Shown here one piece after another: positions 34,876 through 49,800 of a DNA stretch of 64,000 bases. A model generated the notes under the pieces. That model was not told the DNA's origin. It saw only the letters and a program-made list of their open reading frames with translations, and ran no database searches. Origin of the DNA: Lytechinus pictus (Eukaryota); assembly GCF_037042905.1 (NCBI RefSeq), contig NC_087251.1:3660001-3724000 (forward strand). Reading direction: 5' to 3'. How positions within the stretch are numbered: the stretch's first letter is position 1; the number at the start of each line of letters is the position of its first letter. Position numbers and translations under genes: made by a program.

Positions 34876-35009
34876 AAGACATGGAAGAAAGGGAGAGTAG
34901 CAAGGGTTGGATTAAGGGTGGAACAAGCAATGAATCATTCAAAGACATGGAAGAAAGGGAGAGTAGCAAGGGTTGGATTAAGGGTGGAGCAAGCAATGAA
35001 TCATTCAAA
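34876..35009 (+). repeat. 66-bp tandem duplication
   Basis: aagacatggaagaaagggagagtagcaagggttggattaagggtgga(a/g)caagcaatgaatcattca occurs twice with one mismatch. Confidence 0.92.
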
Positions 35010-37677
35010 GTGGAGGGAGGGGACAAGGATGATTGTCATGAGTGTGAGGTGTATATGGCCACCCCAATTCAATGAAGAAAGATTCTAATTTAAACTTCCA
35101 ACAACTGACATTACAGTAACAGCTGATAGATATTTTTAATAATACCTTTGATACAGTACATATTTTTGGTATGAATAATATTTATGATTTTGAAAAACTA
35201 TATGATTATGATCTGGCATAGTTGTTTCATGTATAATTTCATGAATTGCTAAAGCAGTTGGAATCAAAGTACGGAATAGAGAGCCCATAGTTATTCCTAA
35301 CATTCCCAGAGTCCTATAACACAAAGATCTGCAATCAATTACAAACTGATGAAAGAATCCTGATTGTGATTGGCTACGACAGGCCAGTCATTTCTTAACA
35401 AAATGTTCATGTAATAATGATGTTAATTAGCCATTCTGGGATCAGTATCATAAAAGATTAAACAAATTGGTTAATTAAGTGTAATCACAGCAAAAACACA
35501 TGCAAAATGTTATCTTTTTATGTTAGACCACCCTGCAGTAACTGCAATACATACTTTGTGTTAAAGGGCCTGGGGTAGGGGTGATAAAGCTGTTTACAAG
35601 TTATGACTGGGGACCCTTTCTTGGGTGCTATTAAGATCATTTTGATTCCCATCAGCTTAAGTAAACATTCATATTCATATGCATGGAAAGTGCATCATTT
35701 GTCAGAATTTGATTTTGGGTTACAGGAAATTAAGAAAAAGTTACACAGAAGTATACTTTGAAAAACGAGTGAAAATTTCAGTAGCTTTATGTTCTTATAA
35801 CAAGTTTTATGAAACAGGCTCCAAGTCAATACTTACTCATAAAGTCATGTCTAACTTAACAAAAACCACCAGGATTATATTCTTTTTCTTTTTTTCTATA
35901 ATTAAATAACTTTATAAACACATCCTTTTCATTAGCCAAATACATTTATATTCAATACTATAAATGGTTGATGTGAAAGTTGGATACTGTATCATTATAA
36001 ATTAGAAAACATTTACATTTATTGCAGTACCATGCAAGAAAAGGGAATGCACAATATTATTTGTAAATTGTCATCATCAACTCATTAGTCCCTTTAGCTC
36101 TCTTTGTATATGACTGTTTATTGATCACAGTGATTTTACTTTGGTCAGTTGTAATACTGAAAGCATGTGTCTATATTTGTTGCAGACCTGTACTGCTTAA
36201 TTACATCAAGGCTAAACAAATACCATACTCATACGATGAAGATAATATAATACTCATATGCACAGATCACATTGGAAATTGGAGCTGTACATCACTTTAG
36301 GTTCATATGATAATAAAATTCTCTCTCTCTCTTACACTATATATACATATTGAATAAGGAAAAAAAATGTCTACATGTAAATAATAAGGCAATCAGAGAG
36401 AAATTTAACTTCTAATGTCAAATAACTTAACTGCAGCAATGTATAATTGTCAATAGGATTACAAAATCATTTTCAATCTAGTTTCGGTGGTTTTTTTTGT
36501 GCTGAATTTTGCCAAATTTTAATGAAATATTTTACCAGTATATTGAACCTATAATAATAGCAGGGCCCACTCGGAGAACAGTTTTCGGAACTGAACAGGC
36601 TACCCTGGGTAAATATACTGTTGTTATTATCACCTAATTATCAGTCAAAACAGAAATAAGATGTCAGCACGAGTGCGCAGACAGACCTGGTCCTCATCTT
36701 CAATAGAATTGAAATTAATGTAAACTTGCTATCATACAATATACATTTCTAACAAGTTCACCAAGAAACTCAACTCAAGACTGTCTTGAGCATTAGTATT
36801 GACAATGAAATCAATATAGAGCTCATAAAAGATGATTACTGTGACTAAACTTCAGGTGTCTGGAGACATTTGATGTGGCTAAAATAAAGTACATATGAAT
36901 ATGCATTAACCCAGATAACTATTTAATCCTTCAGAATAAAAGAGGAATTCTCACATTCATGATGACATGCATAAAACTGTTTGACTTAAATAATGCAAAA
37001 CCTTGACCTGTCATTACTTGGTTACTCCTTAACCAAATTTAATGAAGTTTTTCATAGTTTTGTTTGTCTGATTTTACTCTCTGAATTCATTTACATTAAT
37101 TTTCAGTCTGGAGTATCCCATTAAGCTAGTCTTTGGGTACAATCCATGTTAATGAGATAAAAAGTGGCTTTAGGAATTTCTTTCTTAGTAGAAGCTTCAG
37201 TGAGAATTCAGATTCAAAAGAAAGGGAAATGCCACCCTCTATAAACAGGTGATCCTTATAGACAAGTAGTAGCTAAAAACAGGTTAGGATGTGTCTGAAA
37301 CTATTACTTATCTCTCGACAATTTTGATGGAATCAATAGACTATTCACAGCCACAGCAGAGTGACCATATCTGATCAGGATCTTGCAACCCCCCCAAACC
37401 ACACCACTTTTCAATTACTCGACAATTCTTATTTTGACTACTGAAGTGTGTGTATTTTAGATAAGATGTCATCATTTCTGTTGATTCCCTCCAAAACATG
37501 AATATTAAAGTATGTAGTTCTATCCAATGCCCTTGCCAGATTTCACTCATCAATATTCTGAATTTTTAATATTTCTAATTCTTCCATGCTTAATCTACAT
37601 TCCATCAAATTATGATAATACATGCTTGTCCAATATTAAGAGTGGATGATGAAGCAAGTATTTTGAAGTGGGATTGC

Positions 37678-37826
37678 TCAGAGTAATTCCCAATCATCCT
37701 CCCCAGGTAGAGTACTCTCCATGGATGTAGCAGCTTTGGTGGATGGACTACGAATGAACATCTTAGTGAGTCGATGGAACAGACGACCATCACTATTGAC
37801 TGTCCATAGTTCATCATTTTGAGAAA
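37678..37826 (-). CDS. TECPR2: TECPR2 coding exon 14 (stop, LIR)
   Basis: ctgcag|TTTCTCAA; VSQNDELWTVNSDGRLFHRLTK...PGEDDWELL-TGA. Confidence 0.9.
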
Positions 37827-40800
37827 CTGCAGGAAAAATGGGAGTAAAATAAAATTATGATTATTTGTGTGAGTTTTGAAGATTTGAATTATTTATCAGT
37901 CTCGGGTCTTTTTGAAGCTAAGAAAGATAAATCAAATTCAACAGTTAAATAAAAAAGACATCGCAATAAACATTACTATTTTTTAATGCAGAAGTGATTC
38001 AAGAATAAATTCTACAGAATCATATGAATACCATAAGCTCTTAACGTTGCTCATATGATATCATTATTCTAATAAAAAAAAAAAATATTCAGTCATTTAG
38101 TAAAACAGGATCAAAGGAATTAGTTAAATGAGATCAACAAATAAAATATACCAATTTATAATTCCATCAATTCAAACTGATACCCCAACCTTCTGACAGA
38201 TGTCTGTTAGTCTTTATGTCTGAGTCCTACCTGTTGCATATTTGAAATTCCCTGATATCTTCTTCCAATAGTCCCCTGTAGAATTGTCAGTAGAGATACC
38301 AAAGCGACATGCAAGCTCTCCATTTGGACAAAGAGCCCACACAGTATCAGTGCTCATACACAGCTGAGTCGCCTGAGTACCTGCAATAAAACATTGAATC
38401 AATAACGAATGTTCAAGTGGACATGATTCTAATACACATGCACAGAATAGTGTAAGACATAGTTTAAAAGTCTTTAAACGTTAAAATGGAATATTTAATT
38501 AGAGTCACACTTATACAGTGATGACCTGTGTTAATTTTGATTGGCTGGTGAGTCTTGTTACCATTGCATTGTGAAGTTACCATAAAAGTTACTTTTATGA
38601 AGCAGATTATGAGCATGACCTGAATAACTTACCTTCGACCGGCTCCCATCCAAGTCCAATAGGATTACTCTTACACACTCCCTGCCTGGCATAGACAGTC
38701 TTCTTGTTATCAATAGCCCATACTATGTCATTGGATGGTCCACAGAAGACATTGGTAAAGTATACTCCATAACCAACTGGTTTTCCTTCCACAGGGACCC
38801 AGGCTAGTGGGAGAGCATCATGCTTTGGAAGATGGACACCGTATCGGAAGTGAATATCACCAGCAGAATCTACCGCCCATACTGTCTCACTACCAAGGGT
38901 AAAGTGTACAATACGACGGGTACCTGATATATGATACAATGATTTTAAGCATCATATGAGGTCAAGATTGTAAGGACTGCACATTCTTATGCTTCGTACA
39001 TATGCAATAAAAATGGACATATGTTGAAATAACAGACTAATTCTTTGCAAATGCCAAAACAAAAAGATATTTCAAGGTTATGAAAACACAAGTCTCTAAA
39101 TGACTGTAAGGAAATGTCCAACAAACCTAATGGCCCACAATGTAAAATCAAGTTTTACTTAGACAAAGGTCAAATTTGTGCTAATACTGTGCAAAACAAA
39201 AAATGCCAAAATTTTATTTTTGTAGTATGTTTCTTTTTATGTTTACTGTGATCTTTCCTCATATTCTAATGGTGAAAAACTGTTATCCATCATAGACAAT
39301 TATATCACACCTGAGTTTTGAATAATTGCCAATTACTTTATATCTGAATTCATGCCTCCTTCAAAACAACACATCAAAATGCCCAAACAATTGATTAATG
39401 ATAACCAACACACTTACCAAACTGATTTAGATTAAGTTTCTTCCATAGGGTACCACCTGGACAGCGTTGAGTGATGTTCATCCTGACATAGATATCCCAG
39501 TTAGTTGATAGAGCCCACACAGAGTCTGATGTAGCTCCTATGTACTCAAATACAACATGGTCAGGTGATTGTACCATGTTAGGTTTACGGTTCTCTGGAG
39601 AGAAGCAGAAGATCTCTCCACTAGTTTGCAGTGCCCAAATCATACCTACAAAAAAAAATGATGAATTCATATAGGTCTAAGCAATCTATCTATTTATTTT
39701 TTATTCATATCACATATATACAAACATCAAGCTTAATAGTCCAATACACCCTGCCTTGTGAATTCTAAACTGGAACACTGAGAATATTCGGTTTAGTATG
39801 CTTTACTAAATAGAGTATATTTTGCATAATTCTATCATTAAAAATGATCAAGCTTACATGTATGTGGCATTTAAAGGAAAGAGCACAAGGAGAAGATAAT
39901 GCATTAAGTGTAAAAAGTAATCCATCTCATACTGGTTCTAACAGGGGAAACATACCACTTGGTCCATAAGATGGTGAAGCACAAACACATTTCCATGTAG
40001 CTGATGCTGCCAGACCCACAGGGTTGGAAAGCTCCCATCGTGATCCTTCAAAAGATAAGTCAAAAAATGTTTCCATTTACTGCATGCATATGCTTTCAAT
40101 TCTACAAATGTTCAAAATCTAATTCAAATTTGGTGCTAAATCGTTGGTTAATGAGTAGATAATTTCCACTCAGTTTTTCTTCTATCTTTTTATCTCCTTT
40201 GCTTGGAATGAGAGCCACCCTCTCATTTTCTTCTTCAACTCCTCTCCATTCTCAAGTGCCACCCATCCCCTTCCTACATGCAGTATGGTTTTACAGTAAT
40301 ATGAGCTACACACTCAGAAACTTAAAGATCCAGACCGGACCCGAAAATGAAATTGATAAATTATATACCAATCAAAAGCTTATAAGCTACTAAATACACC
40401 AAGGTATGCTTTATGCATTTTCACCGCTTCCCAGCTGAGTATTTTGCTTAAGAATATTCCAATTATCGGGTTTCGAACCCCGCTTAGAAAATAGGCTTCA
40501 TTGTGCTTTTCACCTGCCTCAAGACCGTGACGTCACGTTGTGTAAGAAGCGTCGTGATTCCATAGGTTTGTACACAGAAAAACTGGGTGATTTTTTTGCT
40601 TTCCAGATAACGCATTTCATTCTCTTCACTTCTATCACAGAGGGATATCACATATATTTTTACCCACAAGCTTGAATTTATGAAATCTGCAGTTTTGAAC
40701 TAGTTTTTGCCATATTTTATTTCCTGCTTATTTGGCGCAAATTTCAATTCCATCTGCATTTAGATCATGTATAACAACTTTTCCTGACATAGCAATTTAG

Positions 40801-43800
40801 GCCCAATAAGAGCCAAACAAAGAAATCACAAAAAAGGTAGTGAATAGTTGTAGGTTTACAACAATTTGAACAGTGAATAATTTTGAGTGCCATTTTCATC
40901 TGAAAACGAAAAAAAAATGGATTCATAACATGGAAATGGAAGAAAATACCCAATGCTTTTGTACACAAACCTATGGAATCACAACCCTCCTGACACAACG
41001 TGACGTCATCATTTCCAGGCGACGTGGGGGTGCTCAATCGAAGCGTACTTTGGAGGAGCAGTTTCTTTGATTTTTATTTTATATTTTTAACTATTGGAAG
41101 GAGATATATGTAATATTTTTGGTATATTCAAATTGTATGAATCATTACCTTTATTTTGATATATGATTGTTTTTTACACCGGTCAGGGTCTTTAATGGCC
41201 CGTATTCTCAAAAGAGGTTTCAATTGTACCATGGTACAAAACCATGGACTATGCTGATTTATTTCATTAACGCTTCATTTAAGCGCACTTTGCAGAAAGC
41301 GCGCATTTAATTGGATTTAACTTTGTGTACGCAATGAAATAAGCGTAATTATATTAGTCCATGGTTTTGTACCATGGTACAATTGAAACCTCTTTTGAGA
41401 ATACGGTCATTGAGTTTGGAGTACGGGAGGTTTTTCTCCATTCTCCTACCCGTAACCACCCCCTACCTCTCATACGTCCCCTCCCCCACTTTTCAGTAAA
41501 AAATAATTACTTTCCTTTCTTTTTGTTTTCCTATGGTATTATGTAAACAGTTCAATCTAAAGAAGGGCAATTCAGTAATAAAGTCAACTTTTCCTATATC
41601 CAACTCCCAATTTCCTCCATTTATTTGATACGTCACTTCATGATCTGTACAAGTAATGCTCATTTAAGATCCCACATACAGGTCATTTTCATGGAATTGC
41701 CTAGATAAATGTCGACTGAACCCTCATCATTTATTTGATCATTCTGTCATGACGATTCAATTCCACATCCTAATAGTCACACTTACCAAGTAGGTTACCC
41801 CTTGACACATGCAGTGTGGTCTTATAGTGATAGGAGCTACACACCCACACACTTGATGAGTTAGCAGCAATGGCTGTAGCTTTGTAACATTGTTTCTTGA
41901 GCCAGTTAACCACTCTGTCCACTTTGGTTGCTGACCCTGCCATGTTGACCATCATACGCAGGACATTGGGATCCTCCATTAGGTACTCACTCATACACAC
42001 CTAAGACACAAAACAGACTCTTTCCTGTAAGCATTGACGGGTACATCATCATCATTATCTATATCAACATCATTATCATAATCAACATCAGAATCAATAT
42101 CATCATCACAATTATCATCTTTAACATCACCAAGATCAACATTATCAACGTAATTATTGTCATCAACATCATCATCATCATCAATATCATCACCACCATC
42201 ACCACAATCATCACCATTATCAGCAGCAGTAGCATCAAAAATATCATCATCACCACCATCCCCCCCACCATCATCATCACCACCATCACCACCACCATCA
42301 TCATCATCACCATCAACAACATCATCATTATCATCACAACCATCAGCACTAGCAACATCCTCCAGCCATAAAGCGACACATCCTGAATATATATGCAATA
42401 TTACCTGCCACCATTTTTGGTCATCCCCCATTGGTTTCTCAACTGTAACTCCTGTCCTGAACCACACCATACCATCATGATCTATGGCCCAGCCTGTGTT
42501 CCTTGAGTCTAGAGCTATACACACCATCCGCAAGTGCCTGGTCCATTATATAGAAGAGACAGGGGAAAAGACAGAGACAGACAGACAGACAACAAACCAA
42601 AGACACCACATAGGTAGGGACAAGAGGAGGAACAGGGAAGACGGATGAGATTTCACATGGGAAGCGGTATTAAAGGAATGTAGCAGTGATGAAGTAACAG
42701 TAAAGAAACAAAAAGGAAGGACAGAAAATTGGCAATACAAGCAGAATTCATGTATATTTTAGAAGATGATAGGAAAAGAAATGAAAGATATATTAAGAAT
42801 GGGAAACGATAATGAATGTTGATTAATAGCACTTTGACTCAAAAAGAAATTTGTAAGTTATGAAATTAAAACATTTCCAATATTATTGAAATAAACATGA
42901 GGTAAATTTTGGTCCATCAATTACCCTGACGATAAAGGAATCAACAGGACTTTGCCAATCTTGCCAATGACCCAACTTATGTGCCAGTGTATAAAGCAAA
43001 AATACATTAGTGAGCATCTTACAAGGGCCTTACCGTTACGTGACCAATATTCACAGGAAACTGGAGACATTACTTACTCATCATCGGGTAGTTCCATCCA
43101 GTTCTGACCTTGTTGTTTCCTAGAAGTGATTCCTGCTCTGTACACCACCTTGTCTGATGCTGTCCTTGCCCATACAACACCACTGTTAGCTGCAATCTGC
43201 AGAACATGGACATTGCTGTCAATGAAGGTGTCCTTGGTGTAAGGTTTGTCTCTGCTGATTCCCTTATGAACACACAGCTGTCCATTGTTCTTGATGATCC
43301 ATGCCATATTCTCATCAAGACAAACATGGGAAACATCCTTGGAGACGTCAATCCACCGGATACCAACATGACTGCGCTGGGTAATTGCTGCACTTGAGCA
43401 GGCATGGCTGGTTTTAGGATTCACACGCCATACTATACTTCCAGATGGGGACACAGCAAGCAAGCGGCAGTGTGCATCTTTCAGCTTGCTCCATTTACAG
43501 GCTATAGCCGATGAAAGACTGTGATGAGCTCTATCACGGTTGTCCACATACCAGATGTGACGTTCAGATGCTATGAGCTGGTATATATAGTTTGGTGTGG
43601 TACATTGCATCCAGCTGCCAGCAAGCTTCTGCTGTATGCTGTCTGGCAAAGAAGATTCTCCTCCCTCTCCTTCATCAGATTCTTGACTTTCTGTCTCTGA
43701 GTTGTCACTATGAGAGGCTTCCTTTGAGTCATCTTTACGGACAGCCTCTGGAGGATCCTCAATATAAATAGATTCTTTCATCATAATCACAGTCTGTCTA

Positions 43801-46800
43801 TACTTGGGATAGATATCGTCAAACTCTGATGTCGGTCTTGAACCTGTTGCAGATTGCCTAACAACATTATTGAGGAGCATGTGTTTCTTTCTTGGTGGCA
43901 AGACTGGCAGAGGAGATACATATTCATCATTTTCTTGGGCTGCTGGTGGAGAAAGTGGACGTGGAGAGGTGGTCTGATCTGGCTGTTTATCTTCCTCAGG
44001 GACTTTATTATAGTTAAAATCCTCCATTATAACACCTAACCTTCTTGCCTGTCTCCCTTCTTCTTCCTCAGCAGACATTCGATGTGGTGACCTTGGTGAT
44101 CTGGGACTAACAATAGGGGACAATTCATCACCATCTTTCTTAGGTGGCATATCATTAGAGTTCAAAGACCTTGGTAAACTTATGCTCAATCCAGTACCTG
44201 CCAATCTATGACCATTCATTGGGTAACCTGACTCTGAAGGATTGTTATTTGCCGTATCAATTCTGTATTCATTCCGAGGTGTTTCTAATTCCAGAGAATT
44301 CTCAACATTGTTAGCTTTTACAAGTTCATCAGCATTGGATCTTAGTGACAAAGGTGGTGTGTAGATGCTAAGCTTTGGAGAAGATACAGCTGGTGATAAT
44401 TTCCCTGATTTATCATCCTTCATTACATCTGGACCAAGTAATCTCTCTTCAGGGTGATCAATGTCAGATCCTTGATCACCTTTCTTGCCAGTACCTTCCA
44501 CTACACCATTCCCTCCAGATGAATCTACCACATCTACAGAAAATGCTCTTAATCTTTCTGCAACTGCCTCTGGATCAACCCCTGATCTTGAAGATACTTC
44601 TCTTTCCTCTCCTTCCTGAATAGATCCTAACTTGGGTGTCACACGAGGACTGGGACTAGGAGTTGGTGGATCTCCATCAAGAACTTTACCTGGAGAAGAT
44701 ATTTGGTCCACCTCAACAACAGATGCAGAACTTTTACTACCTGCAAACACACAAAAGTAAACAAAATGAAGATGAAGATTTACAAAAGCAGGTGTATGCA
44801 ACATATCATAACTTTGCACATGTCCAGTAACAAATGCTTTTGCTCTGCTATAAATGGTCAAATCAAGCTTGAAGTAATGCAATTGTCTACAGGACTTCCT
44901 TCTACTAAAAAAGGTATTGGATGAATTTGCATTTTTGTGATATAGCAATATTTGGAGGTCTTTCTTAATAAAAATACAACATCATATTAATTTGAACAAT
45001 TATACGTCAAAATAAATCAGTGGTAAAAAGCACCTTCAATTTGCTTAGAAATATTAAAAGTTCATATTCAATTAGTATCCTCTAAAATAATTTTATTTTG
45101 TAACACTTGCAGAAAATTTGAGGACTATGGAAATGATTTAAAAATTCACACTGAAACAGAAAGGAGGCATGAACAATGAATTATACATAAATGAATTAAA
45201 TAAAGGTGGTTACCTTTAACTGTCTTCTTCTTCTTCTTTGTTTTTGGCTTTGATTGGAACACAATGCTATCCGAATAACCACCGTCAATGTTCTCAAAAG
45301 TGTCTTGGGTAGTCTTTGATGCATAAGATATTCTCTTGCTTAGATTCTTAATGACCTTTGCTGATTGGTCCTCTTCAGGGTCCTCAGTGATTACAATAGA
45401 AACCCTATCAGCAGCAATGTGCTTGCTCCCTTTCAGAGCAGTTACTTCAATAGCACTGTTAAAGGATCCTTTAGGATCATCTTTGGTAACTGCTAAATTC
45501 TCATCCTCTGCTGACGTTGTGTCTTCCTTGCTAGGTTCATCCGCTTCAGTCTGGCTGACACCATTAGCACTTTCTTCTTTCACATGAGAGTTTGATCTAC
45601 TCCTAACTCCAACTTCATGTCCACTGAAGGAGTTGGCAGGACTTCTGAATGGAGCGGTAGGAGATGTTAGCCCTGTTGGCGATCGCTCACCACTCATGTT
45701 GCTTGAGTTTATGACAGAGACCATCAATCGTTCTGACAGCATGGCTTCAGGAGTCCCAGGATCAGAGCTCTGCTGCTCTCCTTCATTGATGGATGATCTA
45801 TCACTCTTAATGCTAACAGTGTCTTCAGACTTCTCAGGGATGGGAAGATTCAACTTAAAGGAACGCTCAATATTCCTCTCCATTTTATTCTTGGTTTCAG
45901 CAGCTTTGTCGGCCAGGTCATCTGCTGCTTTACTGAGAAAACCTCGCATGGAACTAAATTTGTTCTTTAATTTAGTAGAAGTCATCCTATCTGAGGACAC
46001 TGTGGCACTAGGAATCAAGGTCATCTGAGAAGAGTTACCAGTAACTGTCAGCTTGGTGATTTGGATTCTGCCAAAGTCCTTTTCTGATTTAGATGGTTCT
46101 ACAAAGAGGAAGATATAGAAAGATATTCCAATTAATTAGCCTAATCGATAAGTCAATGTATTGTAAAACATCAATATAATTATATCCAGTACTTATACAA
46201 ATTTTAATTAACAAATAAAGCAATCGGCTGTAATATTCAACATCTAAAATAAAAGCAATATTGAAATGTATACCAAATCAATATTCATACACAAAATAAA
46301 CTTAACATTTCATTTTATCTGAACAAACTGATGGTGTTGTCTAAGTTTGCAATCCCTTGTAAACAATTGTTTATTTTGCTCAACATTTCAGCTCAAAGTA
46401 CTCAGATTAAAGATCCATTATTAGTCAATCTTTTGGATTGACTTACCTCTGGTTAGAGTCATTTCAGGAGCAGTAGCAATGCGGACCAGGCATCGCTCAC
46501 ATCCCTTCCTCAAGGCAAAGATTTCATGTCTGGTCACAGCAACCGACACCAAGTTTCCAAGCTCACCAAAATTACTCCCAACAACCAGGGCACCCTCTGG
46601 TCCAAAGGGCTGTAGGATAACAATAGCTGAGAGAGACCAGCTCACCAGAAGGCCATCACTGAATGGAAGGAGGTGGCCAAGCTGAAGATCAGTAGGTGGT
46701 GGGATTATTTCTGGTGGGGTATCTGGAAGCAGTTGAATCAATGGATGCTCCTTGCTGATGAGGTCTTTGAACATGATGGTTTCCAGGACAGTACCTTCAG

Positions 46801-49800
46801 TATTGGTGTGCCAAAGTCTCCAGCCAGGTCTAGCGACATAGGTGGTAGCATCACTGGGTTTGCACAGGCCTGGAACAAAGTGAGCACCATAGCTTCCAGT
46901 ACTGCAAGATAAATAAAAGGAAATATTATTTTTGTCTTATATTAGAGAATTTACATAGCACATAACGTACATAATATTCTGTGTTAAGGCACCATGTCAA
47001 AAGAGAAGATATCATGGAAAATCAATCCTCACATTTCATCTTACATAGAGAAAATGGGGAATGGTGGAAATCTGCAATGAAAAGACATATAGTGTCTTCA
47101 TCATGGGCATCCTGCTAGATAAGTTGCCTAATCACAGTAATATTTCTAAAGTGAATTAAAGATAAAGTATTTCATAACTAAGATATGCTGTACAAAACAA
47201 ATGTACATGTATCCCCCAGTACTAATATTCAAATGTTGCAACAAGAATGAACAACTTTCCTCCCCAAAGCCAATATCTAGCCACAATTTGAACCTACATT
47301 ATAAAAGACAGAGCATTGGTGACAGCAACACCAAAAGTGAGATTTGTACATTTTAGCAAGATGTACTTCTGTACACATATTTGAAAAAAAATCTATGAAT
47401 GCTTCCATTTACAATGTAAAGCACACCCTAGCATTCTGCCAGATGCGCTACTTCACCTAAATTTCACTTTTCAGGAAATATAACATGTGGAGGTACATGA
47501 AAATGAATGATCAGCAAATGAGACTCTGTTTTAATTTGCAAAGCTTTCATGGTTTTTCTAAATGAAATAGAACATTTAATGACATGGAGAGAGATATTGG
47601 TACAACGAAACAGTAGATTAAAATGAATATATCAAAATGTTGTCATCACACAAATGTCAGAATTACCACACTCCATCCAAGGATCCATTTCTTATCATAC
47701 TGAAACTAAACATGGCATGAATTGCGTTTTAATTGCAAATGGAGTGAAGGAGCACATTTCCTGTTTATCATATTTCAAAATTTAAGTCGATCTATTAAGC
47801 TTTGGTGAATATTCAATAATGTGATTTTTACAATTATTATCAAAATTGTACAAAAACTTTTGTAGTGACTGATAATCAATTATTAGTTGATTCTTTGAAT
47901 GTTACATGAAGATATATCTCTACAAAGGCATTTTGAATGCTTTTCTTACAAATTTAGTGATTGGATATAAGAAAGCTATTATAAGGTTTAATATGTCATT
48001 TAATTTTCAGCTCATTCCATGCTTATAAAGGTTTTCATTTTGATCGGAATCAAGAGATTTACCCAAACTTAAGAGGGGTTTTAAGTTTAAGGAAACAAAT
48101 GTGTAGCAAAACATTGTCATGAGCATTAGGAAATATGTGATCAATTTCACATGACTTCAGATATATAGTAATGACAGTCATATTGATAATCCTGAATAGT
48201 GAAATCCTTGGATTAAATCAGGAAGTTCATCATCTGTCAGAATTGGTATAAACAATGCATGTTTCTATACAAAACATTTGTTCTGTCAAATGGTTTGATT
48301 ACATGTACCTAATAATTATCTTACTGTGATTAAAAACCACAATGTTATGAATGTAAGCAGAAAATTGTTGGAGTGAGAAGTTCAGTTTGATCTGAATCTA
48401 TTATAACTCAGTGCAGGTCAGACCCAGTATGGTGAGGTCCCTCAAGTCTGCGCAGTCCCTTTTGTCTGTGCACGTGCATATCGAGAAAAAGAAGATACGC
48501 AACTACCACAAACTTCACCTAGTACCTGCAATACATGGACTGATATTCATTAAAAAATCTGACTCAGAATGTTAGAAAAATGATAAATTTTTGGCATTTC
48601 ATGTGACAGCATCAAAATGCAGCCCTTCTCATCAAAATTGTGTGTAAAGTGAGTGGTTGCGCAGACAAGGGGGACCATTTTTTGTTCAATCTGAAAATGA
48701 CTGGCCAAGGTTTTTCCAAGAAAATCATATTTCTTTCAAATTTTTATGAGATTTTTGTCACACTTACTCATATCAATATAAGGAACATTATCAAGTAATT
48801 TTTTTTGTGAATTAAAAAGAAATTTGTGTTAAATTCTAAGACGTCCCTGGTTGAATACATTGTAGTTAGGTGTGCAGTCATATATTTCACATCCGCAAAG
48901 GAAGTCAAGGCAAGTCACAAAACAAGCAAGCAAAGTCTTAAAATTTTGGTAGCAGATTCGCTGTGTGGAATTGACTACTGGCATTACATTGCAGTAGTGT
49001 AATCTTTTTTAATCAGAAGTTTTAAACATGATGTCTGTCCTTTCTTGCATTGAAAACAAATGAAGAGAGTATAGAAAAGGTATAAGATAAAGATTTGATA
49101 AATTTGAAGGAACAAAATATTGATATTGATATAATGAAGGACACATATATCATTTGCAAAGTCTAGAACTGATTATGTAGTATTTTTTAGAAAAATTAAT
49201 GCCATGCTAGTTATATTGGGAAATTTTGTCAATAATGATTCAGTTTCACAAATATATAGATACTTCAAACTTTGTCATATAAGAAGATAAAAGTGATGCA
49301 ACATTAGATTGTTTTTGCTGTTGCTGCTATTTACTATGTAAATGAAGAAATGTCCATTTCGGAAATGTTGGTTACATAGAATGAGGCAAAGTTTTTGTAC
49401 AAGACTAAAAGATCTATACATGAATTTGAAACATTTTTATGCCAATTATTAACAAACTCTCGGAAGGAAGGAAGGAAAACAGTACAACATTTGTTTTCAA
49501 TGCAGAAATCAAACTAGTAGACCATCAATACATTGAGCTGGAATAAAGATATTTTTGTCATTTTGAAATCAAGTTCTTTATAAAGCAGTCACAATGCATT
49601 AATATGACAATAAATTAGAAGTAATAATTCACAGGAGGAATGGATAAGGCAATAATAAGTCAATAACTTGAACTATTTTTTAAAGAAATTACTTGTAGGG
49701 TTCTGATCCTAAAACTCAGCCTTGGCCTTAAAGTTTGACTCAAGGAAAATAATGTGGCCTTGGCCTAAACTTTGGAGGTCTGAATTCCTAAGCCTTGGTC

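Noticed and set aside
34398..35075. Short ORFs around the 66-bp duplication
   Set aside because: Purine-rich low-complexity sequence with no splice or domain support; lies between the two convergent stop codons.
42059..42480. Met/Val-rich and Ser/Pro-rich ORFs
   Set aside because: Alternative frames of the (CAT)n intronic repeat.
43030..43077. Alternative downstream donor (cg|gtaagg) for TECPR2 exon 7
   Set aside because: An in-frame TAA follows the first donor immediately, so the extension cannot be coding.
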